A stretch of DNA of 64,000 bases from Bugula neritina. Lineage: Eukaryota > Animalia > Bryozoa. The notes beneath the pieces are model-generated. The model ran no database searches, had not been told where the DNA came from, and was given only the letters and a program-made list of their open reading frames with translations. Made by a program: the position numbers and the translations under genes. Positions 27,301-40,750 of this stretch are shown here, one piece after another (within the stretch, counting starts at the first letter, position 1; each line of letters begins with the position of its first letter). Location of the stretch: assembly GCA_964035545.1 (NCBI GenBank), contig OZ037773.1, positions 5,733,751 to 5,797,750 of the forward strand, in the 5' to 3' direction.

Positions 27301-29018
27301 GCGCAATTTTTAACCACCTTTGTACTGTGCTGGTGGCGAGATGTGTTATCAGCATAACTTTCTCTGTCAACTTTTCAGGATGTGGCATTCAAAACATGAT
27401 TATAGTACATAGTACTACTCTGACAATATATCTGCTTAAATTTGTAACGTTATCACCTAGCAACTTGATGAACTTTGCAATATCCGTACTGTGTCAATAT
27501 GTTTTTCAAACATATAATTAGCTTTGAAAGAGAGAATTAATAGCTTCTTGCTTGCACACTTAGTGAAGCTACATATTTATATAGTTATTGTACATAGAAA
27601 GCATCCAAGTAAAAACTATTTAAACTCATGAAGTACTGTGCGTTTACTTTGTTGAAACTTTACTACTACTATTATTATACTTAATATAATATAACTGCAT
27701 GTTTTATTTTGTAGTTTGATGCTCACAAATTTAAAACAGCCAAGCTAAAATTATAATTTGAAAAAACTTCAAAGCAAGAATGTGAGCTTTTTATGCAGTT
27801 GTGGACAAGATAAATACCAGTAACTAAAAAGCTCCAAGCAAGAGGTAATTGCCAGTTGCTCACTGATATAATATTATAATTAATTGCCAGTTGTTGACTG
27901 TTGTATTATGACTAATTGCTAGTTGCTTATTGATATATTATGACTAATTGCTAGTTGCTAGTTACTCACCTAGACTTGGCGAGAACTTTAGCGGATGCTT
28001 CAGAGTCAGCTTCAGATTGTATAGACTGAGAATTGATTGTCGATAGAGGCAGCCCCAGAAAAAGAACCAGTCTATTCTAGTTCTGTGGTTCATGACTATA
28101 AGATTATCTGCCCCTGGAATACTCTCAATCTTATCTCCACTTATCACGAACTTTACACCGTACAGCAGCTCCATCAAACCCTGGTCAAAAAAAGACCGAA
28201 CATTGAAACTAATTGCAGGATGTGAATACAAAGGGAGACAACTTGCTTCAATTTTGTAGACGGCATATCTAATTTTATTGGCAGTTGAAATAAAACCATG
28301 ACTTATGTGCAAGCCTGCACTGTTTGCATTAAAACTTGATGGTACATGCAACAAGCACTAAGCTGAAGGATAATATAAGATGTTTCTATTTTAATTATAA
28401 ATAAATATGTGAGAAACCTTGTTGATTTATTACTTTATTAGGCAAAGTAATTATACTGATATTTCGGGTACCACTGTGCCCATCTTCAGAGTTTCTATTT
28501 TAGTGTTTACCCACTTCACTTAATGTATTTTCCTCAATCCTTATGTTGATAGAGCAAGTCTATAATCATATTATTCAGTTATACTGTTATAGTGATCAAC
28601 ATAACACAGGAGGTTTTAAGTATTATTATAAATATTATAAGTAATAATATAATTATATATACCTACCCAGATATGCAATTTACACAATCCATGTATAATA
28701 TACACAAAGTAATTGTGTGTGTGTGTGCGTGTGTGCGTGTGTGCGTGTGTGCGTGTGTGCGCGTGTGTGTGTGTGTGTAAACTTAAACTATGTTATACAT
28801 TACCATTATAAGAGTAATACTTATGAATGACCAAGTACTATACTTACAGAGAAGAAAATGATTATAAAAGTTCCAAGCAGGTCTATAATTACCCTAAACC
28901 ACTTTGGGCTGATGAATAGCAAAGGCAGCAGAGGAATCGCGATAAAAAATAGACAAAAGCAAAGAGACAGCCCGAAAGTAGACAGAATAGCTGTTCCCCC
29001 GACCACAGTACGCCTCAT
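24347..29018 (-). CDS. LCLAT1: Lysocardiolipin acyltransferase 1-like, paralog B, 6 coding exons
   Basis: Exons 29018-28848, 28180-27970 (NHRTRIDW), 26522-26410 ([14 protein letters not shown]), 25970-25817 (FPEGKD; [10 protein letters not shown]), 25199-25044 ([11 protein letters not shown]), 24651-24347 ([13 protein letters not shown]...[12 protein letters not shown]). Exons 1-3 have the same lengths as in paralog A (171/211/113 nt). Confidence 0.92.
28714..28778. repeat. (GT/GC)n microsatellite
   Basis: Direct reading; a similar degenerate tract lies at 17279-17352. Confidence 0.95.
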
Positions 29019-29939
29019 GCTGACTTGTGTGTCAGTCAACGCAGTAGTTTAGACATTCAACCCAGAGGCAGCTGCCATGTTGTGATGTACAGAGTATGTG
29101 GCAAGTTGCTCTGCGTGATTGATGGCAAATGCTCGAGTAACCTTTGGCTTATAGTAAAGAGATTATCTTCTAGTTCAAACGAGTCTCTATGCTATGCAGT
29201 TGATAAGTGTCGCTCAGGCAATATCAACCTATATATACATTCACACTCGGACTTCATGAGTAACCCCAAGGTCACACAGCTATCTAAACCTTAGATAACT
29301 ATAGATAGTGCCTTTAAATAACATTCAGATTTGTCTCCCATCAGCATGTATTATTACTTGCATGTCTCAATACATTTCTTTATACCATATTATATGCAAT
29401 TTACATCATATACTCATCAAAACTTTGCTTTATTATCTTAGCTTGAGTCCAAAGGCATTCGTGTGCATCTAGCAGCATAACATTCTAGCCCTGTATAAAT
29501 GTTAGTGTATAGTATTTGAAGCACCCCCAACAGTTGTAGCTATATTGACAGGTAATATTAAACTATGTCAACCTTCAGCTAAACTGGTATACTTCAATAT
29601 TTTAAATCTGAAATTGGAACACTAAATAATAATTTAAGCGGTACCTATCTGAAAAACTATTTATGAATCAGGCAAGTAAAACCCGTTTGAAAGTGTTGCT
29701 AGTAGAAAACGGAGTTCTACTTTATTTGAAGATTTATCTGTATATTAGACTGTCCAGTATTTCCAACACAATAGCATGCTGAGTACATGCTGAAATAGCT
29801 TTGTTCAGCAAAAAATTTGTCAAGTGGTCCCAGAAATAGCAAAACCTAGCAGAATTATTTAGAAGATGTATTTGCAATAGGGGACAGACTACAGAGTTTA
29901 TTGTAGAATTAAAGCATAATATTATATATTTAGATTACG

Positions 29940-30155
29940 AATAAAACTCATGTGGCTTAGTAGTCGCTATCCTTGTGAGAATCGGTGATGATAATGATTT
30001 TTTAAGCAAGCTAAGGGCTTGCTTTCATTTTTTGTCAAAAGGGTAACTATGACTGAATGCCATTTCTAACATCACCAATGGTCTTTACTGGGACTCAACC
30101 ACTGACCCTGTGTTTACTAAGCCAATGCTTTAATTACTAAACCACAATTACTCCC
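29940..30155 (-). mobile_element. tRNA-derived SINE family 1, copy 3 (more decayed)
   Basis: Contains TTCTAACATCACCAATGG and AGTCGCTATCCTTGTGAGAA blocks shared with the other copies. TSD TATTTAGATT on both sides. Confidence 0.7.
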
Positions 30156-30485
30156 CTATTTAGATTTATAATATAATTGAGAAATGAAATGCACATAGAG
30201 GTTTCACATTAACTTTTTATTAAAGAGATTCTGAATTCTCCTTTACTTGAGTATAATCAATGATAACAATAAACAATAAACTCAAAACAAAATTTAAAAG
30301 AATCTTTATAGGCTGAGAAATAGCACAGATATGTTATCTCTTAAAGAGTAGTCTTTGGACGAACAAGAGATAAACCTATTGCTAATTTATAACAACATTC
30401 TATATAAAAGTATCTATACATGATATAAAAAGATAAAGATGAAGCACCAGGGCTTTACACGTAGGTACCCTAAAGTCACTTCAAA

Positions 30486-30595
30486 ATACTAAGGCTAATT
30501 GCTGCGATACTAAGGCTATTTGCTGCAATACTAAGGTTATTTGCTGCAATACTAAGGCTATTTGCTGCAATATTAAGGCTATTTTCTGCGATACA
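30486..30595. repeat. ~21-bp minisatellite (ATACTAAGGCTATTTGCTGCA), 5 copies
   Basis: Direct reading. Confidence 0.9.
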
Positions 30596-31192
30596 CTACT
30601 TCTGCAGGTTGTCCAAACAACGAAAAAGACAAAATTTGCTCATAAGATGACTAAATATAAAAACAAAGCAACTCAACATATAATATTCAGTGTATCATAA
30701 CATATTGAACTTCTACAATAAAATACAGTTAAAACACATATATGTGTGCATACTTTATGCAATAATTGGTTATAGTAGATAGTAATATATAAGATAACAT
30801 GTTTAGTTTTTTATTTTACTTTACAGGCTTTTTGCTTTAAAACTATACTACAGTATAGCAGCAGCATCTATTTTCATTTATATAATATAGCATTGCTCAC
30901 ACAAAACACTCTTCTAAATAATATTGTGTATGCAGCAGTAACGTTCCTGAGGCAGTCACTCTTGTTAAAATTGAATATTTTTGCAAACAAAATTCAAAAC
31001 CGATCTTTCTTTTTTAGAATTAGGCATTTAAAAATATTTTATGAAATATAATTGGAAACTGACAGAATTTGAAGGAGACTTGGTATTGCAAAATGTATCT
31101 GTGTTTTTGCTTTTGTGAAGTGCACAAAGATATCTAGCTGTTACATTTACACTGCTAGGTAATACTGCCTAAATTAAGTATAGCTGTAGAGA

Positions 31193-34100
31193 TCACTGTG
31201 AATATCTGATCATCATCTTTACTGTGCTGAGGGGGCGTAAATCCCTCTTCCACGTGTACCAAAATATATTTTGCCAGTTGAAAGAATAGGCGTTCAGTTT
31301 GTCATATACTCCATTTAAATTAGCACTGCCACACCCATCGTACCAGAAAGCACCCTGTAAATTCAGATACAAATATAGAGATCACTGGCTACAGTTACAC
31401 AGTCAATAGGAATATTAGAGACATCATTGGTTACAGTTACACAGTCAATAGGAATATTAGAGACATCATTGGTTACAGTTACACAGTCAATAGAAATATT
31501 AGAGACATCACTGGTTACAGTTACACAGTCAATAGGAATATTAGAGACATCATTGGTTACAGTTACACAGTCAATAGGAATATTAGAGACATCATTGGTT
31601 ACAGTTACACAGTCAATAGGAATATTAGAGATATCATTGGTTACAGTTACACAGTCAATAGGAATATTAGAGATATCATTGGTTACAGTTACACAGTAGA
31701 TTTGCAAATAAAGTATTGAAAGCGAAATATTTTCAAACCCAGTAAATAAAATGGCATCGTTACAAACAAGCTTAATATGTGAGAGCGTAAAAACAAGTAA
31801 TGTATGATTTGCTGTTTACATCATACGTTATCTAGTTCAACCTGTCACAGCTATACTATAGTAAACCAACTCACCTTGCGCCACCTGTCACATCTATACT
31901 ATAGTAAACCAACCCACCTTGTGACACCTGTCACAGCTATACTATAGTAAACAGACCCACCTTGTGACACCTGCCATAGCTATACTATATTAAACAGACT
32001 TACCTTGTGTAACCTGCCACACCCATACTATAGTAATCTGACCCACCTTGTGACACCTGCCATAGCTATACTATAGTAAACAGACTCACCTTGTGTAACC
32101 TGGCACAGCTATATAAAGATGTGGAGTCTCTATCCATGTCGAATGTTGAGAATTGTCTGCCCTTGGCTTTACCTAAGCTGTCACCTATGTTTCCATCTAT
32201 ATATTTTTCGTAGTTTAGGCTGTAATACTCATCTTCGGAAGAGAGACTGTAACGTATTGTTGTATTATGTATGGCAGAATAATCGTAGTGAAAATAGTCA
32301 TTTTTATTATAAAATATAATACAGTAAGTATTTTACTAAAATTGTAAATTTTTTTTAAAAATGCTCTTGTTTTGTAGTATTTAGTAAAATCAAACTGTTA
32401 TCTTGAGAATAAAGCAAATAGATTTTTCAGTTTCATTCAGTAACCTCTTCAACTAGCAGACGTTAGTAAGAAACAAGTGAAATCAAATCCTGCTTTTTGT
32501 CCGAGAGAGTATAACTCAGACTGAATGCCGAAAAGTTAAACTACATTCTGATATCGTTGAATCAACTATCTTCTGAAATAATAAGGTTATTAACTCACCA
32601 AACCATGTGCTGCCCCTATAACATTGCTAGAAGGTCAAAGTTTTAACTCAAGGGTCCTTACCTAAAATTGGAATACTCGGCAAAGCCAGTGTCTCCGAAT
32701 ATATCACTGATCTCCACTCTTAAAACATGATCTCTTGCCTGTGTGATCTGGTGAATCTTCTCGTTCCCGAAGTAGAAGCTGCTCATTAGGTCACCAAACC
32801 CTACAGAAGACAACTCCAATAACTATGACTTTTCTACATTGTATGTATGTTATGTACGTACTTGGTACTAAAGCATTTTAACATTTATAGATAAGAGCTG
32901 CAATAGAATGTAGAGCAATTGCTCATATAAAAATAAGTAAAGCAAAATTGGTGCTGCTTTAAATTTGATTTAAGATAAAAGGTTACTTGAAAACTTGAAA
33001 ATGAGCTATACAGTTCAATCATTTTAGTTAATTTCTATTTTGTTTGATTTAAACAAAAAATTAATTGAACCCTCATGTTTTTGTAGCTTTCTAATAAATC
33101 TAATTACTTCAGGTGTGGGCAAAAGCAAATTTACAGCTAAAATGTAATTTGAAATTCAAAGCTAAACCTAATTTTTACAAATTAAATTGAAAGCAGCAAT
33201 TTGAACAAATTTATTAAGTATTTAAAGAATAATTTGCTGTATAAACTATAAAGGGTGAGCTTAATTTCCTTACCATATCCTCGTGTAATTACTTACCATT
33301 CTTATACTTCTCCCAGTTCCTGTAGAATGACCTGCCGTCTATTCTTCTCTGTATGACAAGCCAGTTGTGCCCATCTTTGTTCATTTCACAATATCCTTCT
33401 ACTTCAGTGCCGTTGTATAGGAGGGCATGCACCCCACTCTCGTACGTCATATCGGCAAGGTAGTCACAGTCTATACAGAATTATTGAGTCATTTTACTTA
33501 ATGACTTATTACATAATGTACTGAAAAAGCAGAATACTGCCATAAATAATTCTGAAAAGTAAAGCTGAAGTAGGCCAAGCTACCTTCTTTGAATTATTCT
33601 AAAATCCAGTAATTATAAAAAAATTTGTCAGTTAACAAGTTTATTCAAAAAAAATTATTTATTATTAATTAGCTTTTCAAAATAGTAAAAATTCTACAGT
33701 TAAAAACACCACATTGCTTTAAGAACTTAATTTTATTAAAAGTTGCACATGCAGCTAAACTATAAAATTATAATATATACACTTCTGATATATACACCAG
33801 CTTACAATAAACATATGTAAGAAAGTTGAGAATAAAAGCTTATCATATCCATTTTTATATTTGCTGCAATAACTATTAGGCTATACCTTTTGTTGGTGGC
33901 TCTGTAGTTGTGGTCATAGTGACAGTAGTTGTGGGTGGGTGAGTTTGTATCTCAAACCCTTGTTCATAGCCCAGGTTAGCTAAATTATTCATAAGGTCAC
34001 TGAGTATATCCTGGACATTGTTTTCCAACTGTGTAGCTAATTGGTCCATTCTAAAAGCAGAGTTAGCAAAGTTCTAATGATATCTGTGTATGGGGAGTCT

Positions 34101-37100
34101 ACGTAAGCCAGCCTAACTAACTCGGCAATTAAGGATATTATAGCCTGCATGTTTTCCATTTAGAACTATGCAGTAATAAACAGCTGACTAAAATATTTTG
34201 CTTCATTGTTACACCCTCTATATATGCATAATACTATGCATATTTTTATACTTAAGGCCCATGAAAAATCATGCTTTATTGCTCAATAAAGATGATGTTA
34301 AACCGATGTTACAGTTTTGCTATAAGCGAAAGTAGAAAAAGGGATATAAAACATGTAGTTGTAGTGTGTATCTTGCAGTTTGTACTGTCATAGGCTGTAA
34401 GAAAGAAAAACCTCTATACTCTGCCATCTTTCCACAACTATTACTAGTAAAGAGACAACACAGCTTTTACGAGAAGACAACTTCTAAGCCTTTCAAAACT
34501 TTTACTTGTTATATTCTGTGTGTGTGGATCTTTGCATATGCTTGTTTATTCAATATATTATATTATATTATATTATATTATTTATGTTTTAGATAATTTT
34601 CTATTGTGGTTAGAAAGCCTTTATGCAGCAGGTTAAAATACACAACAAATATAAATATATATTTTAAATTATCTGTATGTATAATTCATCTAGGTGCTGG
34701 TGTTTTTCTGAGCCGAAGTGATGCAATTACATGACCGACTAGCTCACAACATAAACTAATTATTTTTACTATACTTAAGCAATACAACAAGTTCAGTCAC
34801 CTTCGAAGAGACTTGGTCAACTTTCTACAGTCAAATGCATATAAATAATTGAAGTAACTCTCAGAACAATTAATGTAAAAGTTTACTCATTAAAGGAAAT
34901 TCACGTACATATGAAAATTTTACAACTCATAAATTGAGTTTACCCTCGAGCTTAATTTTTCATAAGATGTTTGTGATAAGGCTTTTCATTTGAGTTTATT
35001 TTACAGGTGGTGCACATTGAAACGAGCTAACTGCCTGAAGGCGTAATTGAAGGTACAAATGACAAACCAATAAGCCATCAGCTTAGGAATTTGCCAGCAA
35101 ATTAACAGGTAAATGGTCACTTGGCAAGCTCAAAGACCCCAAACAACCCTGAATTGTGCAACACACAATGCATAAATTGATTTTACGATAATAAGAATAT
35201 TGGGCCTTTGGTACCTAGCCGATTTGCATTGTGTTTGGGTAAATTTCACCCCAACTTTATTATAACAGAATAAAGATTAGTTCTGGATTAGGGATCAACT
35301 AGTGCAAAAGACTGAGTCCACTGACTTCGTTAAGACTTTCCAAGAATACTGACACACATTTTATGCTGAAACCCACCACCAGCATGTTTTTATTAAAGTT
35401 TTGAGCTAAAAAGTTCAATCAAAGCAAGACTTTAAAAAGCAACCCACAACTACCTTCTAGTTTATAAAGATTCACTTAGAAGACTTACTGCTAACAACAG
35501 TGTCTGTCTGTTATAAAATGGCTGATGGCCAACGTGAAAAGAAGGTTTTGAATGAGTCAGAATCTTAAAGCTTTTGCTGAAAGTTTCTAGAAAAGCAACT
35601 GACACAAATGTCAACATATCTAACTTGATGAGCTCAAAGCAGCACAAGTGTCAACTTGATAACCCGCACACTCACACCTGCACCCACCTGCTTTCAACGT
35701 GGTCAATGAGCTCCATCTTCAATGCTGCCGCCATCGCCTCCACATCCTGTTGCGTTGGTGTAGTGTCTAGTTTCTTCTCCAGTCCTTCAACGTGAGACTC
35801 AAGAGTTTCCAGTCGCTTTGACATGACGTCATATACAACGGCAGCAGGTTCCAGCTCTAAGAAAAGAAAAGCAGCAAATGTTACATAATTAGAACTTTAG
35901 TGCTACCAGAGATTGTCATAAATAATCTAATGACTTTTTATTTGCTGTTAGAAAAAGTACACAAAGAGCATCTTATCTGGGCTTATACTATACACATGCT
36001 TGTAAAAATATCTATTTATTGCTCAGCATAGCTTTAATCTGCAATGTTTGCAAAAAGGTGTTGCTCAAATTTCATGTTGTCTAACTCATTTTTTCATGCT
36101 GATAGTGGCTTTAGATGGGTTTTGATATTTTACTTTGCAATGACTTCTGATCAGCTAATATAAAAATGGTACAAACTGTGCAGGTAATCTCTTAGGTACA
36201 CTGGGTGATATAATATTGAGAAAATAATTAAAACAAGCTGAAAAATTGTTTGATTGACTTCTAAAAAAGATACTAGGAGTTATCTCTCCTCATGCTTCTA
36301 GTACCAATTCACTTCTAGTACCAATTAGTATTGCCTGGCATTATTGCCTCTTTAACTTTTATTCTAAGATAAAACGCATAATTGTCTTTAATTATTAGAA
36401 ATTAGGAAGTAAATGTATAAAGGTAATACCTGCCTGGGGCAATGACCTAACTTCTGCTACTATATTATAGTGAGTGCAACACGTGTACACCATATTATGT
36501 GTGTTCACAATATAATCTACCTATATTATAACATTCAACAACTAGGACACCATTAGAAGGATGTATGTGTAAATGCCTGACTGCATTACACAAACTAACT
36601 TTAGTACGATAAACAATAGGAGTAATATTTTTGGCATTTCACAGTACAGCGACTTGAAATGACTAAAAAATTGAATCCCCCCAACTTTTCTCAATAAGTT
36701 AATAATTTGAAAGTTGAAAATTTTGAGTAGCGTCTTTTGAGCAGAATTTCTATTCCTTACACATTCTGCTTTTATATACCCATGCAATCTTTTTGACATG
36801 ACAAGACAAGTTATTGCTTGTGGAAATGCCAACTGCATGACCAGTTTTGAAAATTATATTGTCCATCTATATAGGAAGTGCTTTGCTAATCTAACACCAA
36901 ATTAAAATTGTCAGTTAGAAGTGTATATCACTACAGCATAAGCTACAAATAAATTACTTTAATTCACACCAGACTTCAGGTTTAGTCAGCCTTTTGTCCT
37001 AAACAAAAATTATGCAACAGCTTATGATAATTTAATGCCGTATTTTTAGTATTTTCAACTGGCCAATGAGAAGCATTATTAGCTGAAAATTTACATGATT

Positions 37101-40100
37101 AGTAGATTGACCAATGAGGAGCATTAACAGTTGAGCATAATATGACCATATCCATTACCTAACTAATCAGAAGTTGAGTGAACTACTTGGAGATATTCTC
37201 GCAACTCTTTTTCATCCTTTTAGCTTTAAAGAGTTAGCAGCCTGTTTAGTAGTCTTTGGAAGTATATCATTTAATGTACATAGTTTAATTTACTGTACAT
37301 ACTACATAGTTTAATTTACTGTACAATATATACATGTCCCACCAATATACATGCCCCACCAATATACATGCCCCACCAATATACATGCCCCACCAATATA
37401 CATGCCCCACCAATATACATGCCCCACCAATATACATGCCCCACCAATATACATGCCCAAGCTATATAAATGTCCTACTTATGCATATTTCAGTTTATAC
37501 TAAAGAACACAATTTAAAACAAAGTCATTGTTTTACCTCTCTGTACTGTAGTGCAAAGACAACAGCATATATAACTGCCATTATTTAAGGACTTATTCAT
37601 TACTATTTTTGTACCATTGTTAATTTCTAAACTGTGGCTTGCTGTGTAAGCTGTGCTTCATATTGTAATAGTAGTAAATAGTCTGCATGAATTTGTGTCC
37701 AGTGATGTCATACACAATAAAGCTGGCATCTTGCATTCGAGGAATGTATCAAATGTAAAGACAAAACTTTCTATGAACAGAAAGCGTAATCAGCTGGCTT
37801 TCCACGAATAATTCTCTAGCTTATACTTCAGGCAAATAGAAATACTGTATGTATAGAGCGTAGGAGTCGGATAATGTGATAGTTATAGTGCAAAATATTG
37901 AGTACTTTTAGTACTAAAAACAATGTGACATTTGTGACATCGAGCAAACACTGCCTAGCACTGACTATTATGTGACATTTGCGACATTAAGTAAACATTG
38001 AAAAAAGCTGATTACAATCAAGTAATAACTTTTTTGCGACGCTTTTAATTTTAGTAGGATTGTGGTATGATGCATTCGTAAACTTAATTGGCTCTTTATT
38101 ATATTCTATACTTTGCTGCATATTCTATGCCATATTATGTATATTTTATACCATGTAATGTATATTATATACAATAACGTATATAATATATAGTATATAC
38201 CATACATATACATATTGCATATTGTATATTGCATATTATATAGTTTATACTATGCTGTATTATTTAGTTTAGTGTTCAGGTTTTAGAACTAATCGTGAAG
38301 ACTGTCCAAGAAGAATTACCAATAACTGAAAAGTAAAGAATATGGCAGACATTATGTACACCTCATAATGACTCGTCTATTCATTAACTGCCTATGACTC
38401 ATTAATTACTCATTGCTTTAATTACAAGTAACAATAGTTCACTATATACATATTAGATACAACACATTTTCAATGCCATTTTACCATATCATAATTTCTA
38501 CTCATATTTCAAACACCAAACAAATAAGTGGAAATGCTAAGAATATATGTTTTCTAACAGAAAAAGATGTGTGACCGGTGAATTATATATTTTTACTGAA
38601 TTAAAAATTCATGAAAAAAATATTTACACTGTTAATTACATACTTTTGATACGGTAGTTTAAGAGTTTCTGTGTTTACATTCTGGGCTGTATAAATCTGA
38701 ATTGACTTTTTACCGCCGGAACATAAGAGTGTCTTTTCATAACTTTCTTTGTTTATGTTGGCATTGTTGACCAGCCACAAAGGCATTGTTTCAACAATTT
38801 CTACTCTCACACAAGCAGATGTAATGATGCCTTTTAAAAATACTATTTACACAAACAAATTACCCATTCTGTTTATTCCCAGAGGGGAAACAAAACTTTC
38901 TGTAGCACATGAGCTTTTGTATGGGTTGCATGAGTGTTATTTGTAGCAATACTAATAGGGCAAGTTATGTATTTCAATTTAAATAATGCCTTTATGTTGT
39001 GTTAACTATTCCATGATTTTTAAATGCAGCTAAAAATAATTGAGCTCTAGCAATAATTAAATTAATGCGTATTAAGAGAAATATTGCTGATAGCTTTAGA
39101 AAAATTCAGATGCAATTTTTTTCCTGAGGCCATAGAAATTTGAATTAACAAAGGAGCTTTCCTATTGGCCAATACCAAACACAAATCTGATATTCAAACC
39201 TCAGATTTTTTTAATGTTTTCCGGCTGTTTAAAACACATTTCAAGTTTTAAAAAATACAGAAGTCCACTAAAACCATTGTGTTAGTTGAGTAATTCTAAA
39301 TCTGTCCAAACAAAAGTTTTCTTTATAACTGCAAATGCTCATGCATATATTGGCAGATTCACAGCTAACGGAAAAGTCTAGAAGTCATCTGACAGGTTCA
39401 TGATTACGATCAGCTGTTTGCTTTATCTTGACATTTGTTAATTGTAATTGTTGGCAGGAAGGAGAGATTCTATCTGTCAGACAGCTACTGATTTACATTC
39501 TGATTGGCTAAAAGTTAATCATGTCACTTGCATTATCATTACATGCAAATCTAAAAAAGTTGCTAAGTTTGTCATTTTAGAATTTAGTATATGTGTAGGA
39601 CGTACTTTAGAACAAGATGCTATATAGTTTGTTTCATTGTAAATTACTAAATCTAAGCTTAGCATGTTTATAAATGGTTGCACATAATATAGTTGGTAAT
39701 ACATAATATACTTGGTAATACATAATATACTTGGTAATACATAATATACTTGGTAATACATAATATACTTGGTAATACATAATATACTTGGTAATACATA
39801 ATATAGTTGGTAATACATAATTACTCGGTAATAGCTATCAGTCCAATTTTGCAACATGATAACAAATGTTATGCAAAGCTGTAATAGAAAATGGCTATAC
39901 CAGCTCATTACAAGTGAATTATGTAATATATATTATAATATATTTGTAGAATGAGTTACAACTAAGACAAGTTCTGTTTAGAACTTTTAATCTTATTAAC
40001 GCTCTCTTGGGGGAAAACTGTGTAACGCTTCCAATTCTCCATTAATTAGGGAGGAAAGTCTATTTGTAATTAGCCAATAAAATCAATCACCAGGAATAGT

Positions 40101-40750
40101 AAAAATATGAAGCAGCCTATTTAAATAAATGCTCTTTGGAATGGAAGGTTAATTATATCGCATCTATTTGCCATGCGCACTATAATTAGATTTGGTAACA
40201 GCTTTCCAGACATACATGTGCATGTTGTTACCTTATGTAAGATTCCACGCAGTGCATTTGAACTACAGCCTAACTGAATGCCTGCAACTAGGTGCAGGAT
40301 GCTGAAAGATGTTGTTAGCTAATAGTTTATCTGCAGAACACCAACAGTTGGTTTCTGACAACCATCTGAGTTCTTTTTAGGAGAAAGAGAAATGTTACAG
40401 AAATTCAAGTTTTAAATCCTAGAATTTTATACCTGATATGCAAATGGTGCTAGCAGTGGAACTTGCACCCATTTTAATTTGACTCTAAATTTGTAGTTTT
40501 TACAATCATGCAACTGTTTTTACTTGAAAGTTGAAAGTGTGTGTTTTAAGCAAACATGTTTAGCAAGTTTTGACATACAAATATAGGCTGGTTTGAATAT
40601 TTTACCTGCATCGTTAGCTAAAGCTTCTTGAAACTCTGGCATCTCACAAAGTTTCTTCATCGTAGCCTTCGACATCACATCAGATTGTGAGAAGGTCCCA
40701 GGGCTAAGGCCAAGGAGAATAGCTATTAATAGTATCTTACAGCCCATCAT
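31193..40750 (-). CDS. Secreted fibrinogen-related domain (FReD) protein, angiopoietin/ficolin-like: signal peptide, coiled coil, Thr/Pro linker, C-terminal FReD
   Basis: Exons 40750-40606 (MMGCKILLIAILLGLSPGTFS signal), 35856-35688 and 34050-33887 (heptad region, then PPTTTVTMTTTTEPP), 33470-33297 (DCDYL...GYCEM...WLVIQRRIDG.SFYRNWEKYKNG), 32800-32662 (FGDL...FYFGNEKIHQIT...AEYSNF), 32246-32090 (GDSL...FSTFDMDRD...CA), 31354-31193 (GAFWYDGCGSANLNGVY...WYTWK...KMMIR). These are textbook FReD motifs. Confidence 0.93.
31376..31697. repeat. 42-bp minisatellite, about 7.5 copies, in the last FReD intron
   Basis: Unit AGAGACATCATTGGTTACAGTTACACAGTCAATAGGAATATT; produces the 14-aa periodic ORFs. 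Confidence 0.97.
31840..32115. repeat. 43-bp minisatellite, 6+ copies, spanning the FReD exon 6 donor site
   Basis: The unit includes the exon end (TATAGCTGTGxCAGGTxxCACAAG) plus GTRRGT; donors are spaced exactly 43 nt apart. Confidence 0.92.
37328..37458. repeat. 17-bp minisatellite (CCAATATACATGCCCCA), about 7 copies
   Basis: Direct reading. Confidence 0.95.
39682..39820. repeat. 19-bp minisatellite (ACATAATATACTTGGTAAT), about 7 copies
   Basis: Direct reading. Confidence 0.95.

Noticed and set aside
31363-31707. Periodic ORFs DCVTVTNDVSNIPI / VTVTQSIGILETSL resembling antifreeze or beta-solenoid proteins
   Set aside because: A 42-bp intronic minisatellite open on both strands; the flanking FReD exons join in frame without it.
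31840-32115. CRISPR-like regularly spaced repeats (also 7599-7906 and 21858-22455)
   Set aside because: Units are contiguous with no unique spacers, there are no cas genes, and the context is eukaryotic introns.
32598-32630. Possible micro-exon (…GGTTTG|GTGAGT) in FReD intron 5
   Set aside because: The upstream intron would be only about 35-45 nt, and exons 5 and 6 already join in frame with a normal FReD sequence.
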